DNA of 64,000 nucleotides from Candidatus Methylacidiphilales bacterium (GTDB taxonomy: Bacteria > Verrucomicrobiota > Verrucomicrobiia > Methylacidiphilales > JAAUTS01), in the NCBI GenBank assembly GCA_028713655.1, contig JAQTNW010000006.1, forward strand, positions 37,544 through 101,543, read 5' to 3'. The notes beneath the pieces were generated by a model, which made no database searches, was not told the DNA's origin, and worked only from the letters and a program-made list of their open reading frames with translations. Below, piece after piece: positions 53,265 to 63,626 of this stretch. The translations under genes and the position numbers were made by a program. Numbering within the stretch: position 1 is the first letter of the stretch; the number at the start of each line of letters is the position of its first letter.

Positions 53265-55778
53265 ATGTCCGACACCTTAACCCCCATGATGCAGCAGTAT
53301 CGCCGGATCAAAGGCGAGATCCCCGCGGACGCCCTGCTGCTCTTCCGGCTGGGCGATTTTTACGAGATGTTTTTCGAGGACGCAAAGACGGCGGCCGGAA
53401 TCCTGAACCTGACGCTGACCAAGCGGAACGGAACGCCGATGTGCGGCGTTCCATATCATGCCGCTGAGAATTATATCGGGAAATTGATCCAGACCGGCAG
53501 GCGCGTGGCGGTTTGCGACCAGATTTCAGAGCCGCGCCCCGGCCAGATTGTGGAGCGGCGGGTAACTCAAATCCTGACGCCTGGCAGCGTGTTCAACCTG
53601 GACCTGACCCAACCCAAGGAAAACCGCTTCCTCGCCGCCGTGCTGCCCGGCAAGGACGCGTTTGGCTTTGCCTTCCTGGATATGACCACGGGCGAATTTC
53701 GCGCGACGGAAATGGGCTCCCTGCGTGAATGGCAGGACGAGATGCTGCGCCTCCAGCCGAAAGAGCTGATCTATCCCTCGGAACAGCCTGCGCCTGAATT
53801 GCCGTCGGAATCCGGACTCGCTCTTGTGGGTTGTGAGGACTGGACTTTCGAACCCGGCACCGCCGAACTGGAGCTCAAGGAACATTTCAAAGTGCATTCG
53901 CTGGACGGCTTTGGCTGCCAGCATCTGCCGTCCGGAATCGGGGCTGCAGGCGCGCTGTTGCATTATGTGACCAAAGACCTGCGAGCCAACGCGGCGCATG
54001 TCTTGAAAATCCTGCCCTATTCCGGTTCGGATTATCTGGTCGTGGACGCGATCACGCAGCGGAACCTGGAACTGGTTGCCGGCATATCCAATGCCGCGAA
54101 GGATACGAGCCTGCTCAAAGCGCTGGACCAGACGGTGACCGCAATGGGCGGACGGGAATTGCGGCGCTGGCTGCTCCAGCCTTTGCGCGAAAAAGCCCGG
54201 ATCGAAGCCCGCCAAAAAGTGGTCGAGCAATGGCTGGATGACGTGGGGCGGCTGGAGGAATTCCGGCAGTTGTTGCAGGAAGTGCGCGACCTGGAGCGTT
54301 TGATCGGGCGGTTGGCGCAGGGCTCCGGCAATGCCCGCGATTTGCTGGGCTTGCGTTTGTCGCTGGAAGCCCTGCCCAAGGTGGCGCGGCAAAGTGCCGG
54401 GCTCGAAGCGGCGCTTGCGATGGAACTGGCCTCAAAGATCGAGCCGTTGCCGGAACTGATCGATCTGATTGGACGCGCCATTGTCGATGAACCTCCGCTG
54501 GCGCTAAAAGACGGCGGTCTGATCCGCGACGGCTTTCACGCCGAGGTTGATGAGTTGAAGGCGGCGATGCGCGATGGCAAGAGCTGGATCGCGGAACTCC
54601 AGGCGCGCGAGCAGGAACGAACCGGGATCAAATCGCTCAAGATCCGCTTCAACTCGGTTTTTGGATACTACATCGAGATCACCAAAACGAATCTGGACCA
54701 GGTGCCTGCCGATTACATGCGCAAGCAGACACTGGTGAATGCGGAACGTTACATCACGCCCGAACTGAAGGAAATGGAATCCAAAATCCTGGGCGCCGAG
54801 GAACGGGTGCGTCAGCTTGAGTATGAGATTTTCCAGCAGGTGCGCGAAAAAGTGTCAGCCCACACGGCCTCGATCCAGGACACGGCGCGGGCCATCGCGC
54901 AACTGGATGTGCTGGCGGGTTTTGCGGTTGTGTCGAGACTTTTCAATTATTCACGCCCCGTTATCACCACGAACGGAAGGCTGGAGATCATCGAAGGCCG
55001 CCATCCGGTCCTTGAGCAGCTCAACAAAGGGGAGCGCTTTGTGCCGAACGACACCCTGTTAAGCGATGAGGACTGCCGGCTCGTCATCCTGACCGGGCCT
55101 AACATGGCGGGCAAAAGCACCTATATCCGGCAGGTGGCGTTGATTGCGCTGATGGCGCATGTCGGCTCCTATGTGCCCGCGCAAAGCGCGACGGTGCCCG
55201 TGCTGGACCGCGTGTTCACGCGGGTTGGCGCCAGTGATGATTTGTCGCGCGGACAGAGCACGTTCATGGTGGAGATGAACGAGACCTCCAATATTTTGAA
55301 CAATGCGACGCAGCAAAGCCTGGTCATCCTGGATGAGATCGGGCGCGGCACCAGCACCTTTGACGGACTGAGCATCGCGTGGGCGGTTGCGGAGCATTTG
55401 CACAACACGGTGAAGGCGAAGACCCTGTTCGCCACGCATTACCATGAGTTGACCGAACTGGCGGTGTTTCTCAACGGGGTGAAGAATTACAATGTCGCGG
55501 TACGGGAATGGCACGAGCAGATCATCTTTTTAAGAAAGATTGTCCCGGGCGGAACCGACAAAAGTTACGGCATTCAAGTGGCGCGTCTGGCGGGCCTGCC
55601 GAAGGAAGTGGTGGACCGGGCCAAGGAAATCCTGCGCAACCTGGAAGAGCATGAGCTCGATGCCACGGGCAAGCCGCATCTGGCGGCGCATCGTCCGCCC
55701 GGGGAAAAGAAACCCAAGAAGAGCCGCCTGGAAGATCCGGACCTGCCGCAGTTCGATTTGTTCAAGCACAAGCAGTAG
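53265..55778 (+). CDS. mutS: DNA mismatch repair protein MutS
   Basis: TPMMQQYRRIKGE..DALLLFRLGDFYEMFFEDA, Walker A GPNMAGKSTYIRQ and STFMVEMNE..DEIGRGTSTFDG are present. Confidence 0.95.
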   Translation: MSDTLTPMMQQYRRIKGEIPADALLLFRLGDFYEMFFEDAKTAAGILNLTLTKRNGTPMCGVPYHAAENYIGKLIQTGRRVAVCDQISEPRPGQIVERRVTQILTPGSVFNLDLTQPKENRFLAAVLPGKDAFGFAFLDMTTGEFRATEMGSLREWQDEMLRLQPKELIYPSEQPAPELPSESGLALVGCEDWTFEPGTAELELKEHFKVHSLDGFGCQHLPSGIGAAGALLHYVTKDLRANAAHVLKILPYSGSDYLVVDAITQRNLELVAGISNAAKDTSLLKALDQTVTAMGGRELRRWLLQPLREKARIEARQKVVEQWLDDVGRLEEFRQLLQEVRDLERLIGRLAQGSGNARDLLGLRLSLEALPKVARQSAGLEAALAMELASKIEPLPELIDLIGRAIVDEPPLALKDGGLIRDGFHAEVDELKAAMRDGKSWIAELQAREQERTGIKSLKIRFNSVFGYYIEITKTNLDQVPADYMRKQTLVNAERYITPELKEMESKILGAEERVRQLEYEIFQQVREKVSAHTASIQDTARAIAQLDVLAGFAVVSRLFNYSRPVITTNGRLEIIEGRHPVLEQLNKGERFVPNDTLLSDEDCRLVILTGPNMAGKSTYIRQVALIALMAHVGSYVPAQSATVPVLDRVFTRVGASDDLSRGQSTFMVEMNETSNILNNATQQSLVILDEIGRGTSTFDGLSIAWAVAEHLHNTVKAKTLFATHYHELTELAVFLNGVKNYNVAVREWHEQIIFLRKIVPGGTDKSYGIQVARLAGLPKEVVDRAKEILRNLEEHELDATGKPHLAAHRPPGEKKPKKSRLEDPDLPQFDLFKHKQ

Positions 55779-55805
55779 TCTTTGTGGAAAGGCGAAAAGA
55801 ACACA

Positions 55806-55866
55806 TTTTAACGCAAAGGCGCAGTTGCGCCTGCGGCGCACGTCCGCCAAAGGACGGATTCGTCCG
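55806..55866 (-). repeat. about 60-nt repeat downstream of mutS (inverted relative to 53111..53171)
   Basis: See 53111..53171. Confidence 0.85.
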
Positions 55867-55952
55867 GTGTGCGAACAATGCGCGTGCCTTCCGGGATCAA
55901 GGTAAAGCAAGTCGTTGTCAATATGGGGAAATGCGTTCAATATGGCTTATGA

Positions 55953-56495
55953 GTGAAACATCTCCTGCAAACATTGGTCCGAGCAGCGCAAGATGAGGAT
56001 ATTCCCTTTCTCGTGGTCGGCGGTAATGCTGTGATTCTGCTCGGTGTTCCGCGATTCACGCGCGACATCGACCTGCTCATCACCGATGTGCACCGCGATG
56101 CCTGGCAGCGTTTGATGGAGAAACATGGCTATCGACTGTTTCATCGTGTCGATGCCTTTGACCAATATGAGCCGCTCATAAGGGAGGGAGGGGCAACTCC
56201 GGGGGTTGATTTTATGCTCGTGGAAGATGCAGTTTGGCGGAAGCTCGAAGAGTCCTCCCGTTCGGTGGAGCTTGTTCCGGGACTTTTGGTTCCGGTTCCC
56301 GATCCGCTTCATTTGATCGCCATGAAGCTTCAGGCCGCCCGCGCACCGCATCGGAAGCGGGACGCGCAGGACTATTCGGATGTCGCGGCACTTTTGAAGA
56401 TTTTTAGGATGGAGTTGAGCCAGCCTCTGATTCGTGATACTGTTCTGAAATATGGGGGCGAACAATCGCTGGCCCGTTTGCAAAGCATGTTATGA
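55953..56495 (+). CDS. minimal pol-beta-fold nucleotidyltransferase-like protein
   Basis: GTG start. FLVVGGNAVILLGVPRFTRDIDLLI fits hG[GS]x9-13Dh[DE]h. The protein is 180 aa. Confidence 0.5.
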   Translation: MKHLLQTLVRAAQDEDIPFLVVGGNAVILLGVPRFTRDIDLLITDVHRDAWQRLMEKHGYRLFHRVDAFDQYEPLIREGGATPGVDFMLVEDAVWRKLEESSRSVELVPGLLVPVPDPLHLIAMKLQAARAPHRKRDAQDYSDVAALLKIFRMELSQPLIRDTVLKYGGEQSLARLQSML

Positions 56496-56695
56496 ATCCG
56501 CCGCGCACACGCGTTCAAGAGGTTCCCAATTTGGTGTTTCCCGAATTGGAAGCACCGCTCAGGAGCCATTCGGATTCGATCTCATGGCTGCAATGGATGG
56601 AGGAGATGGAAGATGTTCTCAATTTCCACCTGACGCACCATGATTCTCCAGAAAGCAGGATGGAAACCAAGATTCATGAACGTTTTAGGCTGTAA
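56492..56695 (+). CDS. small hypothetical protein overlapping the nucleotidyltransferase gene (ATGA)
   Basis: 67 aa, acidic (SISWLQWMEEMEDVLNFHL). The 4-nt overlap suggests translational coupling. Confidence 0.4.
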   Translation: MNPPRTRVQEVPNLVFPELEAPLRSHSDSISWLQWMEEMEDVLNFHLTHHDSPESRMETKIHERFRL

Positions 56696-56826
56696 AAGGA
56701 TGTTCTCCTACGGCCTAAAGATGGACCTCCTAATGAACAGATGAGGCAAGATGTTGAGCCAGAAAGACGCAACCGCGTGGCGGTAGTCGAAAGTCGGAAT
56801 TAAGAATTCAGGAAAACCCAACACGC

Positions 56827-57852
56827 TCAATACGAATACGTGGCGCCGATGGTGGAGGTCCAATCCTGATCGTAGTTTTCGCTCAGCACCACGTAGTCGA
56901 AGGCGGTGCTGATCTGCCATTTGTCGGAGGGATTGTAGTTGAATTTGACGCCGGCGGTGCCCCAGTGATGTTCGTTGTGCTCGCCCGATGAAACATTGTT
57001 GACAACGTTCGTGTGCAGAATCTGGTTGAACTTGAACATGCCCGTGACGTCAAACTTGTCGTTGATGTAATAGGTGCCTTTGTTGATCCAGCTCAGCATG
57101 CCCGGGCTTTGATTGAAGTCCGAGGTTGCGGTTCCGTTCGCATTGTTGGTCAGGTTGTCCTCGTCGTAAATATAGGAGGCGGTGGAGGAAAAGCCCCATT
57201 CCTTCCAACTGTGGGCCACACCGATGTAAACGGAGGGAGCCAGCGTGAAGATGTCGCGGTCGTTCCGGAAGGTCAGGGATTTGGAGGTTTCATTCGCAAT
57301 GCCTGTCGTGAATGTGGCGCCGACGTTCAGCCAGTCAAAAAAGTTTTTGCCGGCGTAGAGCGTGAAGAGATGGGTGTTGGTGAACAGATGGGTCGATGTT
57401 TCGCTGATCGTGCCCCACTCGTCCCCTTGATTGTACATGATGCCGAACACAATGTCCGCAACGGTTTGAAAATCCATGCCCAGGCGAAATACGAAACGGT
57501 CGGAAGCAATGCCGTTGACGCGGGTGTCGTTGGAACCGCCGCCTTCCAGCTCCGCGAAAAAAGCGGGGTGACGGAACCATTCAGACGAAGTGGCGGCCGG
57601 TTTGACCACGGACTTACTGGTGTCAACGGAGTCCACACCCAGGCCGTTTGGAGAGCCATTCGAGAAACTGACCTGCTGCTGGCTGCCGTCCTCACCGGCC
57701 TCGACTGGCAGATAGTTGGGGTTGAAAGGCGTGAAATTGGAATTGTTGTCGGTGTTGGCAGGCTGCGGGGGGCGGGCACGGGCATCGGCAGGCCGATTTC
57801 CGATGGCCAAAAACGCCAGGACACAAAGGGTGGTCAGTAGTTTATAATTCAT
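56827..57852 (-). CDS. outer-membrane beta-barrel protein
   Basis: The ATG at 57852 gives MNYKLLTTLCVLAFLAIG (signal). An alternating-strand pattern is present, and the C-terminus is ...TIGATYSY. The 677-aa track ORF is an artefactual 5' extension over the opposite-strand gene. Confidence 0.6.
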   Translation of the reverse strand: MNYKLLTTLCVLAFLAIGNRPADARARPPQPANTDNNSNFTPFNPNYLPVEAGEDGSQQQVSFSNGSPNGLGVDSVDTSKSVVKPAATSSEWFRHPAFFAELEGGGSNDTRVNGIASDRFVFRLGMDFQTVADIVFGIMYNQGDEWGTISETSTHLFTNTHLFTLYAGKNFFDWLNVGATFTTGIANETSKSLTFRNDRDIFTLAPSVYIGVAHSWKEWGFSSTASYIYDEDNLTNNANGTATSDFNQSPGMLSWINKGTYYINDKFDVTGMFKFNQILHTNVVNNVSSGEHNEHHWGTAGVKFNYNPSDKWQISTAFDYVVLSENYDQDWTSTIGATYSY

Positions 57853-57984
57853 AAAATTAACCCGGATTTTGCCATAGCCGACAGCTGGAATGAGGCTACC
57901 GGGAGCACGCCCGAGGCAACAAGTACAATTTCTCGGAGCGTGGACAGCCTTGAGAAACAATGCTAAGGTTCGCTTATCCGCACG

Positions 57985-60126
57985 ATGTCTGCTCCAACCA
58001 ACCGTCTGATCCGGGAAAAATCGCCCTACCTGCTCCAGCATGCCCGCAATCCCGTGGACTGGTATCCGTGGGGCGAGGCAGCCTTTTCCACAGCGCGCTC
58101 GGAAAACAAGCCCATCTTTCTTTCGGTGGGCTATTCCACCTGCCATTGGTGCCATGTGATGGAACGGGAATCGTTCGAGAACGAGGCGGTTGCGGAGCTG
58201 ATGAACCGGCATTTTGTGAATATCAAGGTGGACCGGGAGGAGCGGCCCGATGTGGATCGTGTCTATATGGCGTTTGTGCAGGCCACAACCGGACAGGGCG
58301 GCTGGCCGATGAGTGTCTGGCTGACGCCGGATCTGAAGCCGTTTGCCGGGGGAACATATTTTCCGCCGGAAGACAACTATGGAAGGAGCGGGTTCAAGGC
58401 GGTTTTGAAAGGCATTGCGCAGGCTTGGGAACAGAAACAGGATTCCATATTGGAACAGAGTCGGCGCGTGGCCGAGTACCTCAGCCAAGCCGGGGAAACA
58501 TCGGCGATTGCGGAAACAGACTTGAAGGAAAATTGGATTGCAGACGGCGCGCGGAGCCTTCTTTCGTCGTTCGACTCCAGGCATGGCGGTTTTGGAGGCG
58601 CCCCCAAATTTCCACGGCCGGTGCTGCTGAACTTTTTGTTTCGCGCAGGGATGCGTCTGGGCTTGCATCACGAAGAGGGACGCCGGGCGGTGGAAGCAGC
58701 GCTGTTCACCCTGCGCCAGATGGCGGGCGGCGGCATGCGCGACCATGTGGGCGGGGGGTTTCACAGGTACTCGGTGGATGCGTTCTGGCATGTGCCGCAT
58801 TTTGAAAAGATGTTGTACGACCAGGCGCAACTGGCGCTTTCGTATCTGGACGGTTTTCAAATCACCCGGGATTCCAAGCTTGCCGATGTGGCGCGCGGGA
58901 TATTGGGCTATGTGGCCCGGGATTTGCGCAATCCAAACGGCGGTTTTTATTCGGCTGAAGATGCCGACAGTTTGCCCGAACCGGGCGCCCGGGAAAAATG
59001 CGAGGGCGCATTTTATGTCTGGACGGCGGGGGAATTGAAGGAGGCGTTGGGTGGGGAATTATTTGAGCTTTTTGCAGCGGCCTATGGCGTGGAGGAAGCG
59101 GGCAACTGCGCGCCCGCCAGTGATCCGCACGGGGAGTTGCGCGGAAAAAATGTGTTGATCCGCCGAAAGGACGATGCGGCATTGGCGTCGGGCAGCGGCC
59201 TTTCCGTCGAACAGGTTTCGGAAAAGCTCAAGGGAGCGCTGAAGATTTTATTTGAGCGCCGCGCGCGGCGGCCCCGTCCTCATTTGGATGACAAGGTGAT
59301 CACGGCCTGGAACGGGCTGATGATCAGCGCGTATGCGCGGGCGGCGGCGCTGGGTGAAAGCGAATGGCTGGAGCATGCGCGGCAAGCGGCTGCCTTTTTG
59401 CGGGAAAACCTGACAGTGTCGAAACAACCCGTCGAACTTCTGCGCAGTTGGCGCGAGGGAGCGGGTGATATCCGGGGTTTTGCGGACGATTATGCTTTTC
59501 TGATCCAGGGTTTGCTCGATCTGTATGAAGCGGGCGGCGGCATCGAATGGTTGCAGTGGGCGGAGCAATTGCAATTACGCCAGGACGAATTGTTTTGGGA
59601 CCCGGCGGCGGGCTGCTACGACAGCTCCCGCAAAGGCGATCCCCATCTGATTGCGCGGATGAAGGAAGATCACGATGGCGCGGAGCCCGCGGCCAATTCC
59701 ATCAGCATCCCAAATCTGCTGAGATTGGAAGCGATGACGGGGCGCCGGGATTTTCGGGATCGCGCAGGCCGAATTTTGAGCGTTTACGGAGAACGGATGG
59801 CGTCCGCGCCTGCTGCGTTGCCGCAGATGCTGTCGGGATTGGATTTGTATTTGTCGAAGCCGGTCCAGGTTGTGTTGGCGGGCAGTGCCGCTCAGGTCCG
59901 GGTTTTTGCCGGTGTCTTACGGGAAAAGTTCCGTCCGGCGCTTGTACTTTTGTATGCGGACGGCGGGGACGGCCAGGCATGGCTCGCGGAAAAGCTGCCG
60001 CATTTGCGCGGGATCCAGGCGGGCGCGGAAGGACGGCCGGCGGCGCATGTCTGCCGCGATTACGCCTGCCAACTCCCGGTTTATGATGTAAAAGATTTGT
60101 TAGATTTATTGAAAGATGCGGGCTAG
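57985..60126 (+). CDS. thioredoxin-domain (DUF255) / N-acylglucosamine-epimerase-fold protein (YyaL/SPATA20-like)
   Basis: [50 protein letters not shown] is the hallmark N-terminus. Confidence 0.85.
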   Translation: MSAPTNRLIREKSPYLLQHARNPVDWYPWGEAAFSTARSENKPIFLSVGYSTCHWCHVMERESFENEAVAELMNRHFVNIKVDREERPDVDRVYMAFVQATTGQGGWPMSVWLTPDLKPFAGGTYFPPEDNYGRSGFKAVLKGIAQAWEQKQDSILEQSRRVAEYLSQAGETSAIAETDLKENWIADGARSLLSSFDSRHGGFGGAPKFPRPVLLNFLFRAGMRLGLHHEEGRRAVEAALFTLRQMAGGGMRDHVGGGFHRYSVDAFWHVPHFEKMLYDQAQLALSYLDGFQITRDSKLADVARGILGYVARDLRNPNGGFYSAEDADSLPEPGAREKCEGAFYVWTAGELKEALGGELFELFAAAYGVEEAGNCAPASDPHGELRGKNVLIRRKDDAALASGSGLSVEQVSEKLKGALKILFERRARRPRPHLDDKVITAWNGLMISAYARAAALGESEWLEHARQAAAFLRENLTVSKQPVELLRSWREGAGDIRGFADDYAFLIQGLLDLYEAGGGIEWLQWAEQLQLRQDELFWDPAAGCYDSSRKGDPHLIARMKEDHDGAEPAANSISIPNLLRLEAMTGRRDFRDRAGRILSVYGERMASAPAALPQMLSGLDLYLSKPVQVVLAGSAAQVRVFAGVLREKFRPALVLLYADGGDGQAWLAEKLPHLRGIQAGAEGRPAAHVCRDYACQLPVYDVKDLLDLLKDAG

Positions 60127-60142
60127 AACCGGATTCAAGATC

Positions 60143-61309
60143 ATGGAAAAGAATTATCGTGTCCTCATACTTTCCGCTAGTGCTGGGACAGGCCATCTCA
60201 GGGCCGCCGAAGCCCTGGAAATAGCCTGCCGCCGCCATCCCGAAATCGGCGAGGTGCGGAATGTGGACGCCCTGACTTACACCAACAAGCTGTTCCGGGA
60301 CTTTTATTCGAAGTTCTATATCAGCCTGGTCCGCAACGCCCCCACCTTTCTCGGCTGGTGGTATGAGACCAGTGACGAACCATGGAAGACGGACCGCATG
60401 CGCTTCATGCTCGACCGCATGAATACCGGGCCGGTGATCCGGATGATCAAGAAGTTCAAGCCGGACATGACGATTTGCACCCATTTTCTCCCGGCGGAAA
60501 TCATGTCGCACCTGATCAGCCGCGGAGCCGTTGAGGCCCGGCTTTCAATCGTGGTGACGGACCTGGATTTTCACGCCATGTGGCTTTCGCGGCTGTTCCA
60601 CCATTATTTTGTGGCCCTGGACGAAACGAAGGCCCATTTGACCATGTTAGGGCTTCCGGAAGACCGCATCACGGTTTCGGGGATCCCGGTCGATCCGGTG
60701 TTTGCCGAGCAAAAGGACAAAACCGAAATGCGCCTCAAGCACGGCCTCGATGCCGCGCGGCCCGTGCTGCTTTTGAGCGCGGGAGCCTACGGCGTCGGCC
60801 CGGCTGCGGCGGTTGTCAAGGTGCTGACGCTGTTGAAGGCGCCCGCGCAGATCGTTGTGATCTGCGGCAAAAACGAGGAATTGCGCCAGCAGGTGCAGTC
60901 CATGTCGCCCCAGATCCCCCCGCATCTCGCGCTGAAAGTGCTCGGCTTTACCCATGAGATGGATGAGTGGATGGCTGCGGCCGATTTATACATCGGCAAG
61001 CCCGGAGGATTGACAACGGCGGAAACGCTCTGCAAATCCCTGCCGATGGTTATTTTCTCGCCGATCCCCGGGCAGGAGGAGCGCAACAGCGACCACTTGC
61101 TCGAGAAGGGGGCCGCCATCAAATGCAACGATATCGTGACGATGGCGTATAAGATCGACCGCTTGCTGGCCTCGCCGGAACGGCTGGAAGCCATGCGACG
61201 GGCCTCCCGGATGATGTCGCGACCCGACGCGGCGGAACGGGTCGTGGAAACACTGGTGGATCAATTCCACCGCGAACCGCACCAAATGGTGATGCCGGAC
61301 AAGTCCTGA
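60143..61309 (+). CDS. MGDG-synthase-family (GT28) glycosyltransferase
   Basis: RVLILSASAGTGHLRAAEAL, PDMTICTHFLPAEI and the C-terminal GKPGGLTTAETL...PIPGQEERNSDHLLEKGAA are present. Confidence 0.75.
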   Translation: MEKNYRVLILSASAGTGHLRAAEALEIACRRHPEIGEVRNVDALTYTNKLFRDFYSKFYISLVRNAPTFLGWWYETSDEPWKTDRMRFMLDRMNTGPVIRMIKKFKPDMTICTHFLPAEIMSHLISRGAVEARLSIVVTDLDFHAMWLSRLFHHYFVALDETKAHLTMLGLPEDRITVSGIPVDPVFAEQKDKTEMRLKHGLDAARPVLLLSAGAYGVGPAAAVVKVLTLLKAPAQIVVICGKNEELRQQVQSMSPQIPPHLALKVLGFTHEMDEWMAAADLYIGKPGGLTTAETLCKSLPMVIFSPIPGQEERNSDHLLEKGAAIKCNDIVTMAYKIDRLLASPERLEAMRRASRMMSRPDAAERVVETLVDQFHREPHQMVMPDKS

Positions 61310-61329
61310 TTTTATCCGGGATTGAACCT

Positions 61330-62826
61330 ATGCCACGCGCTGATTTTCTTTGGGGTGTTTCCACGTCCGCCTATCAACATGAAGGCGGCTTTAATGCGCC
61401 CGGTTGTCCCTTGAACAACTGGTATGAATGGGAGCGTTCCGGACGGGTGCAGGCTTCGGGCCGCGCGGTGGATTTTTGGAACCGCCATGCGGATGATTTC
61501 AAGCTCGCCCGCGGGCTGGGCTTGAATGCCTTTCGATTGGGAATCAGTTGGAGTCGTGTGCAGCCGGCGCAGGATCCGGCGCAAAAAACCGCCCCTCCCT
61601 TTGACCGCGCGGCTTTGGACGCCTATGGACGGATGCTGGCCGAGGCGCGGGAAGCCGGTTTGGAACCGCTGGTGACGCTGCATCATTTTACACATCCGCA
61701 TTGGCTCGGGACGGATGTCTGGCTGGAGCCGGGAACCATCGACCTCTATCTGGATTATGTCCGTGAAACGGTGACAAGCGTGAACCAGTCGCTTGTAGCG
61801 CGCGGCCTGCCCGCGGTGCGCTGGTGGATCACGCTGAATGAGCCCAACATGCTGATGGGCTGCAGCCATCTGCTGGGCACGTTCCCTTCGAACAAACGCC
61901 ACAGCATGTCATCCGCGGTGGCTGCATTTCAAAACCTCCTGATCGCGCATGTGAAAGCCTATCGCTTGATTCACCGGCTGTATGAGGAATCGCCCGGCTG
62001 GGGCAAGCCCATGGTTTCGTTCAACAACTACAGCAGCGACTTGTACTGGTTGGATCATGTGGCGGTGGATGCGCTCGCCGCGCCATCCTTCGGGGTCTCG
62101 CGCAGGGATTTGCGCGACTGGCTGTATGAACAATCCCAGGATTTCCAGGAGGAAATGTGGCATGCGGACATCCCGTTCCGGCAAACGCCGCCGTACTGGC
62201 TGGGGCAGGCGCTGAAGGGCCTGCAGCAATTGATCGGGCCCTGGCAAATCAAAAAATATAATGCAGTCGCGCTGACCTCCCTTTTGTATGAGCGCCCCGC
62301 CGAAAGGCCGTTTGATTTCATTGCGCTGGATTATTACGACCCCTTCATCGGCCATGCGTTCCGCTTCCCGCGCTGGGAGGAATTTTTCATGCCTAACAAA
62401 AACCTGCGTTCCTGGCTGCTGAACACCATGACCTCGAAATGGTGGGATTGGGCCGTCATACCGCAGGGGCTCCGCTTTTTCGTCCGGCATTATGGGCGGC
62501 GCCATCCCACGGCCCCGATTATCCTCGCGGAAAACGGCATTGCGCAGCTTCGCAACCGCTTTCAGGACAAGCCCTGGCGGTACGATGGAATGAAGCGAAG
62601 CGATTTTTTGAAAATGCACCTGGACGAGGTCCGCCGGCTTTGTGATGAAGGATGGAACCTGCACGGGTATTTTCACTGGTCGCTAACCGACAATTACGAA
62701 TGGGGCACGTACGATGCGCGCTTCGGATTGTATGAGGTGGATTTTGCCGACCCCGCGCTGGAACGCCATGAGCTGAATTCCCTCGGCGACCGCCCGGCGC
62801 GGACCTTTGGGCAGTTGATCGGTTGA
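61330..62826 (+). CDS. glycoside hydrolase family 1 (beta-glucosidase-like)
   Basis: FLWGVSTSAYQHEGG, ITLNEPN (acid/base Glu), ILAENGIA (nucleophile Glu) and WSLTDNYEW are present. Confidence 0.8.
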   Translation: MPRADFLWGVSTSAYQHEGGFNAPGCPLNNWYEWERSGRVQASGRAVDFWNRHADDFKLARGLGLNAFRLGISWSRVQPAQDPAQKTAPPFDRAALDAYGRMLAEAREAGLEPLVTLHHFTHPHWLGTDVWLEPGTIDLYLDYVRETVTSVNQSLVARGLPAVRWWITLNEPNMLMGCSHLLGTFPSNKRHSMSSAVAAFQNLLIAHVKAYRLIHRLYEESPGWGKPMVSFNNYSSDLYWLDHVAVDALAAPSFGVSRRDLRDWLYEQSQDFQEEMWHADIPFRQTPPYWLGQALKGLQQLIGPWQIKKYNAVALTSLLYERPAERPFDFIALDYYDPFIGHAFRFPRWEEFFMPNKNLRSWLLNTMTSKWWDWAVIPQGLRFFVRHYGRRHPTAPIILAENGIAQLRNRFQDKPWRYDGMKRSDFLKMHLDEVRRLCDEGWNLHGYFHWSLTDNYEWGTYDARFGLYEVDFADPALERHELNSLGDRPARTFGQLIG

Positions 62827-63026
62827 GCATAAAAATCCTGCTCTTACTCTTACTCCTGCTCTTACTCTATCTCAAACTCCTAAAAACTAACACACGGTCT
62901 CGCGCGAAACAAATGCCTGGATCTGAAAGCCGCGCGCCGCACTCGGCCCCTCCAATCGCGTCTTGCCTGAATCTAAAATCCATACATGCTGGTGGCATGC
63001 GCTTGGCGCTTCTGTTCGATGAGGAA

Positions 63027-63392
63027 ATGAATAAAACAATGCCATGTCCAGTCAGTGGTGGATCGATAGGGATCCGGGCTCTGATGATCGCTCCTACTCC
63101 AACTAAGTATCGATGTCCACAATGCAAAAAAAGGCTACAGCTTCAAGGAAGTAAATGGTCTTTAAAAGCGATCGGACTTCTTTACGGAGCCATCGTGACA
63201 GCACCGATTTCGTTCGTCGCACTTGGTATTGCTTATAATTATTTTGGGGTTGGGGCGGCTTTTGTTTTTGCCATTATTGCTTTTATTCTTTCATTAGCAG
63301 CCTGTGAAGTGCCCATATCGATTTACATTTTGAATTGTAGAAAACTAGAAAAAATCGAACCAGCCGGTCATCACGAACCTTCGATGAAATAA
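63027..63392 (+). CDS. zinc-ribbon plus two-TM membrane protein
   Basis: RBS gaggaa. CPVSGG...CPQCKK is followed by two hydrophobic helices. GC content is low. The track ORF start at 62823 runs through a ctcttactc microsatellite and is rejected. Confidence 0.45.
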   Translation: MNKTMPCPVSGGSIGIRALMIAPTPTKYRCPQCKKRLQLQGSKWSLKAIGLLYGAIVTAPISFVALGIAYNYFGVGAAFVFAIIAFILSLAACEVPISIYILNCRKLEKIEPAGHHEPSMK

Positions 63393-63428
63393 AATTGTCA
63401 ATCCACATCCAATTGGGGCACTTTGATT

Positions 63429-63617
63429 ATGAAGGTGAGAGATGTCCTTGGGAGACTGCATGATGAGGGCTGGGTCATGGCTCGGCAGAAGGGGAGTCAT
63501 CAACAGTTTGTCCACCCACAAAAACCGGGCAGGAGAGTCACGGTGGCAGGTCACCCAAAATTGGACGTGCCTAAAGGCACTTTAAACAGTATATTCAAAC
63601 AAGCTGGATGGAAATAA
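63429..63617 (+). CDS. hicA: HicA-family toxin (mRNA interferase)
   Basis: MKVRDVLGRLHDEGWVMARQKGSHQQFVHPQKPGRRVTVAGHP..DVPKGTLNSIFKQAG is the canonical HicA pattern. Confidence 0.85.
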   Translation: MKVRDVLGRLHDEGWVMARQKGSHQQFVHPQKPGRRVTVAGHPKLDVPKGTLNSIFKQAGWK

Positions 63618-63626
63618 GGAGAAATT

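Noticed and set aside
56827-58860. A 677-aa minus-strand ORF.
   Set aside because: Only the last 341 aa (from ATG 57852, with a signal peptide) look like a real beta-barrel protein. The upstream part overlaps the well-supported DUF255/thioredoxin gene on the plus strand and reads as low-complexity shadow sequence.
62823-63026. An N-terminal poly-Leu extension (MSIKILLLLLLLLLLYLKLL...) of the 63027 gene.
   Set aside because: The Leu run is the translation of a ctcttactc/ctgctc microsatellite directly after the GH1 stop. There is no RBS there, and a good RBS (gaggaa) precedes the ATG at 63027.
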